Source: Gemmatimonadaceae bacterium
Lineage (GTDB): Bacteria; Gemmatimonadota; Gemmatimonadetes; Gemmatimonadales; Gemmatimonadaceae
DNA length: 10,733 bases
Assembly (NCBI GenBank): GCA_033763905.1
Contig: JANRJP010000065.1
Span: 1-10,733 of the forward strand
Direction: 5' to 3'
Of the stretch, positions 9,501 through 10,733 are shown in pieces. The position numbers and the translations under genes were made by a program. The first letter of the stretch is position 1, and each line of letters begins with the position of its first letter. Under the pieces are notes generated by a model that saw only the letters and a program-made list of their open reading frames with translations, was not told the origin of the DNA and did not search any database.

Positions 9501-10733
9501 GCTGGCCAACCGCACCGTCATCGAGGTGCCGAAGCTCGCGTTCAAAGAAACCGCAGTCGGCACGATGTCCACCGCCGCCGTCACCGTCACCGTCGAGCTG
9601 TCCGACGCATAGTTCGCATTCGACGCCGTGACGACGGTCGAGCCAAGACCCGTGCCGAGCATCGTGGCGTTTACCAACGTCGCACCAGCCGGCACGGTCA
9701 CCGTGTCCGCCACCGGCTGCGCCACCGCCGGATTCGCCGACGCAATCACCACGCGCACGCCACCCGCCGGCGCCGGCGTCGACAGCTGCACCGGCAACGA
9801 CTGCGTCTGATTGAGCGGCACCGACAGCGTCGTCGGCAAGCTGATCAGATTGAGTGTCACCGGCACATCCAGCGTGTCCGGAATGAAGCCGCTCGCTGTC
9901 GCGATCACGCGCGCGGTGCCCTCGGCCACGCCAGTCATCGCGATCGTGCCCAACGTGTCGCCGGCCGCGATCGTCACGCTGGACGGCGCTGCAATCGTCA
10001 GCAACGTCGGCTGCGCGTTGGCGAACGACACCACCAGCCCGCCCGCCGGCGCCGGCTGCAACAGCCGCGCGACCAAGGTGCCCACGCGACTCACGCCGAC
10101 GACATTCGTGCCCTGAATCCCAAGCACCACCGCCGGCGGTCGCGGGTTCGCGGTGGCCGACAGCACCAGCGGCGTCACGCCGGCGGTGCTCGTCACGCTC
10201 GCCGTCAACGACTGCGGGCCCGCCGTGGGGCCCAAGCGCCACGACGCGGGACCGGCAACACCGGCCGCGTCGGTCGTCGGCGTCGCGCCAGTGACGCTGC
10301 CACCGCCCGCCGTCACCGCGAACGTCAAGCCGACACCGGGCACGGGGTTGGTGAACGCATCGCGCACGCGCACGCGAACTGGCAGCGGCAGCGTTTCATC
10401 GGTGAAGGCGCTCTGGCCATCGCCGCTCACCACCTCAAGCACCGCTGGCCGACCAGCATTCACCTGAATTGGCGCCGTGGTGTCCGGTCGCGCACCGGGC
10501 GCGCTTACGGCGAAGCGATACACGCCGACCGGCCCCTGCACGCGCCAGTTCGCAAACGGCGCAATGCCGGTCACCGCCGCGAGCACTCGGGTCCCGCCCA
10601 GCGTTGCCCCGGCCGGGCCAGACGCAATCGACAGCGTGATGCTGTCGGTTGCCGTGCTGATCACGGTACCCAGCGAATCCACCACCCGGACGATGATCGG
10701 CGGCGTCAGCGTATCGCCCGCGCTGATGCCATC
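6510..10733 (-). CDS. Large beta-strand (Ig-like) repeat protein, putative surface protein, adhesin or S-layer-like, >1,407 aa. The 5' end lies outside the window.
   Basis: The frame is open to the window edge (DGISAGDTLTPPIIVRV precedes VDSLG), so GTG 10685 is an internal Val. The protein is A/T/V/S/G/P-rich with alternating beta-strand patterns, a Big_1-like domain and internal repeats. The stop is TGA at 6512-6510. Confidence 0.9.
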   Translation of the reverse strand, partial: DGISAGDTLTPPIIVRVVDSLGTVISTATDSITLSIASGPAGATLGGTRVLAAVTGIAPFANWRVQGPVGVYRFAVSAPGARPDTTAPIQVNAGRPAVLEVVSGDGQSAFTDETLPLPVRVRVRDAFTNPVPGVGLTFAVTAGGGSVTGATPTTDAAGVAGPASWRLGPTAGPQSLTASVTSTAGVTPLVLSATANPRPPAVVLGIQGTNVVGVSRVGTLVARLLQPAPAGGLVVSFANAQPTLLTIAAPSSVTIAAGDTLGTIAMTGVAEGTARVIATASGFIPDTLDVPVTLNLISLPTTLSVPLNQTQSLPVQLSTPAPAGGVRVVIASANPAVAQPVADTVTVPAGATLVNATMLGTGLGSTVVTASNANYASDSSTVTVTAAVDIVPTAVSLNASFGTSMTVRLASAGAPIPAPPGGTTISLTAVTPSCVTVPATVSIAAGNNNVSVPVTYGGTGAPCSSLIRASGPVGFATDSVTASVAATPAITVAATMAIGSGLQRQINLSLGATNHLGTTVRLTSLDSTKVLLAANTTTRGNGTVDVPFAAGANFDTFVVQATEGWLADTVLVVATAPGFVPDTMRVAVHLPIAELSGVNLTANTNSADDPIFVSLGSPPTPSATSISFSDAARAGGPGFAARIVNDTIAVGRFVQTAGLTDTAVVTIAAGSANSPTNVASGGAAFRPAAPGVAVLRAIVPGTRSNANTSRAVTVSQPIFSALSAAAIGAGLQRSASLTLGAPTPDSLFVTLRFDRPGVALLSPDATTPGTDSIVVALPPSGATRSFFVAGVDGVIADSVQLIATAPGYLTRQSTVRVFQPVFQLSSANPTATTLAADDPLWISIGSPSSPTGNFISTADDRRAGAPPFAGIITSDSVTVVRFVQTAGVTDTARVPIAAGQSNSPTTVATGGAATRYVGAGTTTLRAAVPGLRALTNSTVAVTVTQPSVSFLSAVTVGSGLQRSGTVTLSNANPDSAVRVVLRPDRTGVVLLAPNNTTVGADSLVLSIAAGATNGTFWVQALEGIVVDSVAITASAAGYTSRSATARVFQPLVGISGLNSSSNTFAADDPFVVFVATPISPTSNTSLSGDAIRAGGTPIVVTLTSATPSVGRFVTSTSSGATLPITIPVGANTSPNTVALGGIAFQTLTTGTTVVTATTPAARPIATGFSSPATVTITVVAPDLTLTSSSVGSGLQRPATATLSTATHGGTTVVLRSTNPSVLRLARLVTDIATDSIVVPVSNGTSNFSYLIVGMEGQTGTPSVEARAVGFTDGIAAMTVLPAAIQINSLAGTQVAGAADDPFTVSIGIADANQNALSSTQAVRAGSAGVVVTVTSSVPTAGVLVRDATASATATVTIPAGASVSPNTVADGIRFRPLSAAGSPTVVTAAAAGIISTLAAIVSVAITP
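6513..9272 (-). repeat. Four tandem protein-level repeats of about 229, 229, 235 and 227 aa (9272-8586, 8585-7899, 7898-7194, 7193-6513)
   Basis: G(S/A)GLQR occurs at 9222-9239, 8535-8552, 7848-7865 and 7146-7163 (spacings 687, 687, 702 nt). ADDP occurs at 8904-8915, 8217-8228, 7527-7538 and 6831-6842 (spacings 687, 690, 696 nt). RAG and I-x-x-G-xxx-SP(T/N)(N/T)VA also recur in every unit. Confidence 0.92.
9273..10140 (-). repeat. Three tandem ~95-aa 'PAPAGG' beta-sandwich-like domains
   Basis: PAPAGG at 10038-10055 and 9759-9776, and PAPPGG at 9468-9485 (93 and 97 aa apart). Each is followed by V(T/S)(I/V)(A/P)AG and ends in (F/Y)xxD(S/T). Boundaries are approximate. Confidence 0.8.
10146..10451 (-). 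other. Invasin/intimin-like Ig domain (Big_1-like) within the large protein
   Basis: PAVLEVVSGDGQSA...PVRVRVRDAFTNPVPGVGLTFAVTAGGGSV...TTDAAGVA...WRLGPTAGPQSLTASV fits the Big_1-type pattern (V-x-D-xx-x-N-P-V-x-G-V-x-V-x-F; T-D-x-x-G-x-A). Confidence 0.75.

Noticed and set aside
6997..10467. Series of plus-strand ORFs of about 180-235 aa (6997-7623, 7639-8313, 8350-9057, 9067-9612) that look like a tandem gene array
   Set aside because: They are antisense to the giant gene. Their regular size mirrors its ~690-nt repeat period, and their T/V/A-rich content mirrors its codons.
10683..10685. GTG start of the giant ORF given by the track
   Set aside because: The frame stays open to base 10733 within an Ig-like domain, and there is no RBS or signal peptide here. 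The true start is outside the window.

Overview
This GC-rich bacterial window holds six tightly packed genes, all on the minus strand, with both end genes cut by the window edges. In transcription order (right to left): (1) a >1,400-aa Ala/Thr/Val/Ser/Gly/Pro-rich beta-strand repeat protein with Ig-like/Big_1-like domains, three ~95-aa 'PAPAGG' domains and four ~230-aa 'GSGLQR...ADDP' tandem repeats; (2) a 185-aa two-TM hypothetical protein; (3) a membrane-anchored NAPE-PLD/RomA-like metallo-beta-lactamase-fold hydrolase; (4) a secreted S9C beta-propeller serine peptidase; (5) an IorA-like 2x[2Fe-2S] subunit; (6) an IorB-like molybdopterin subunit with a Tat signal. Gene 6 is missing from the ORF track because its stop lies outside the window. 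The gene style suggests Gemmatimonadota, which is inference only. I found no RNA genes, CRISPR arrays or mobile elements. The best candidate for novelty is the giant protein. I cannot assign its 230-aa two-module repeat to a named family, it has one Lys in about 1,400 aa, and it carries about 21 D-(S/T)-hydrophobic motifs matching the Bacteroidota O-glycosylation sequon. It is translationally coupled to genes 2 and 3. All motif counts were made by hand and no database searches were run.
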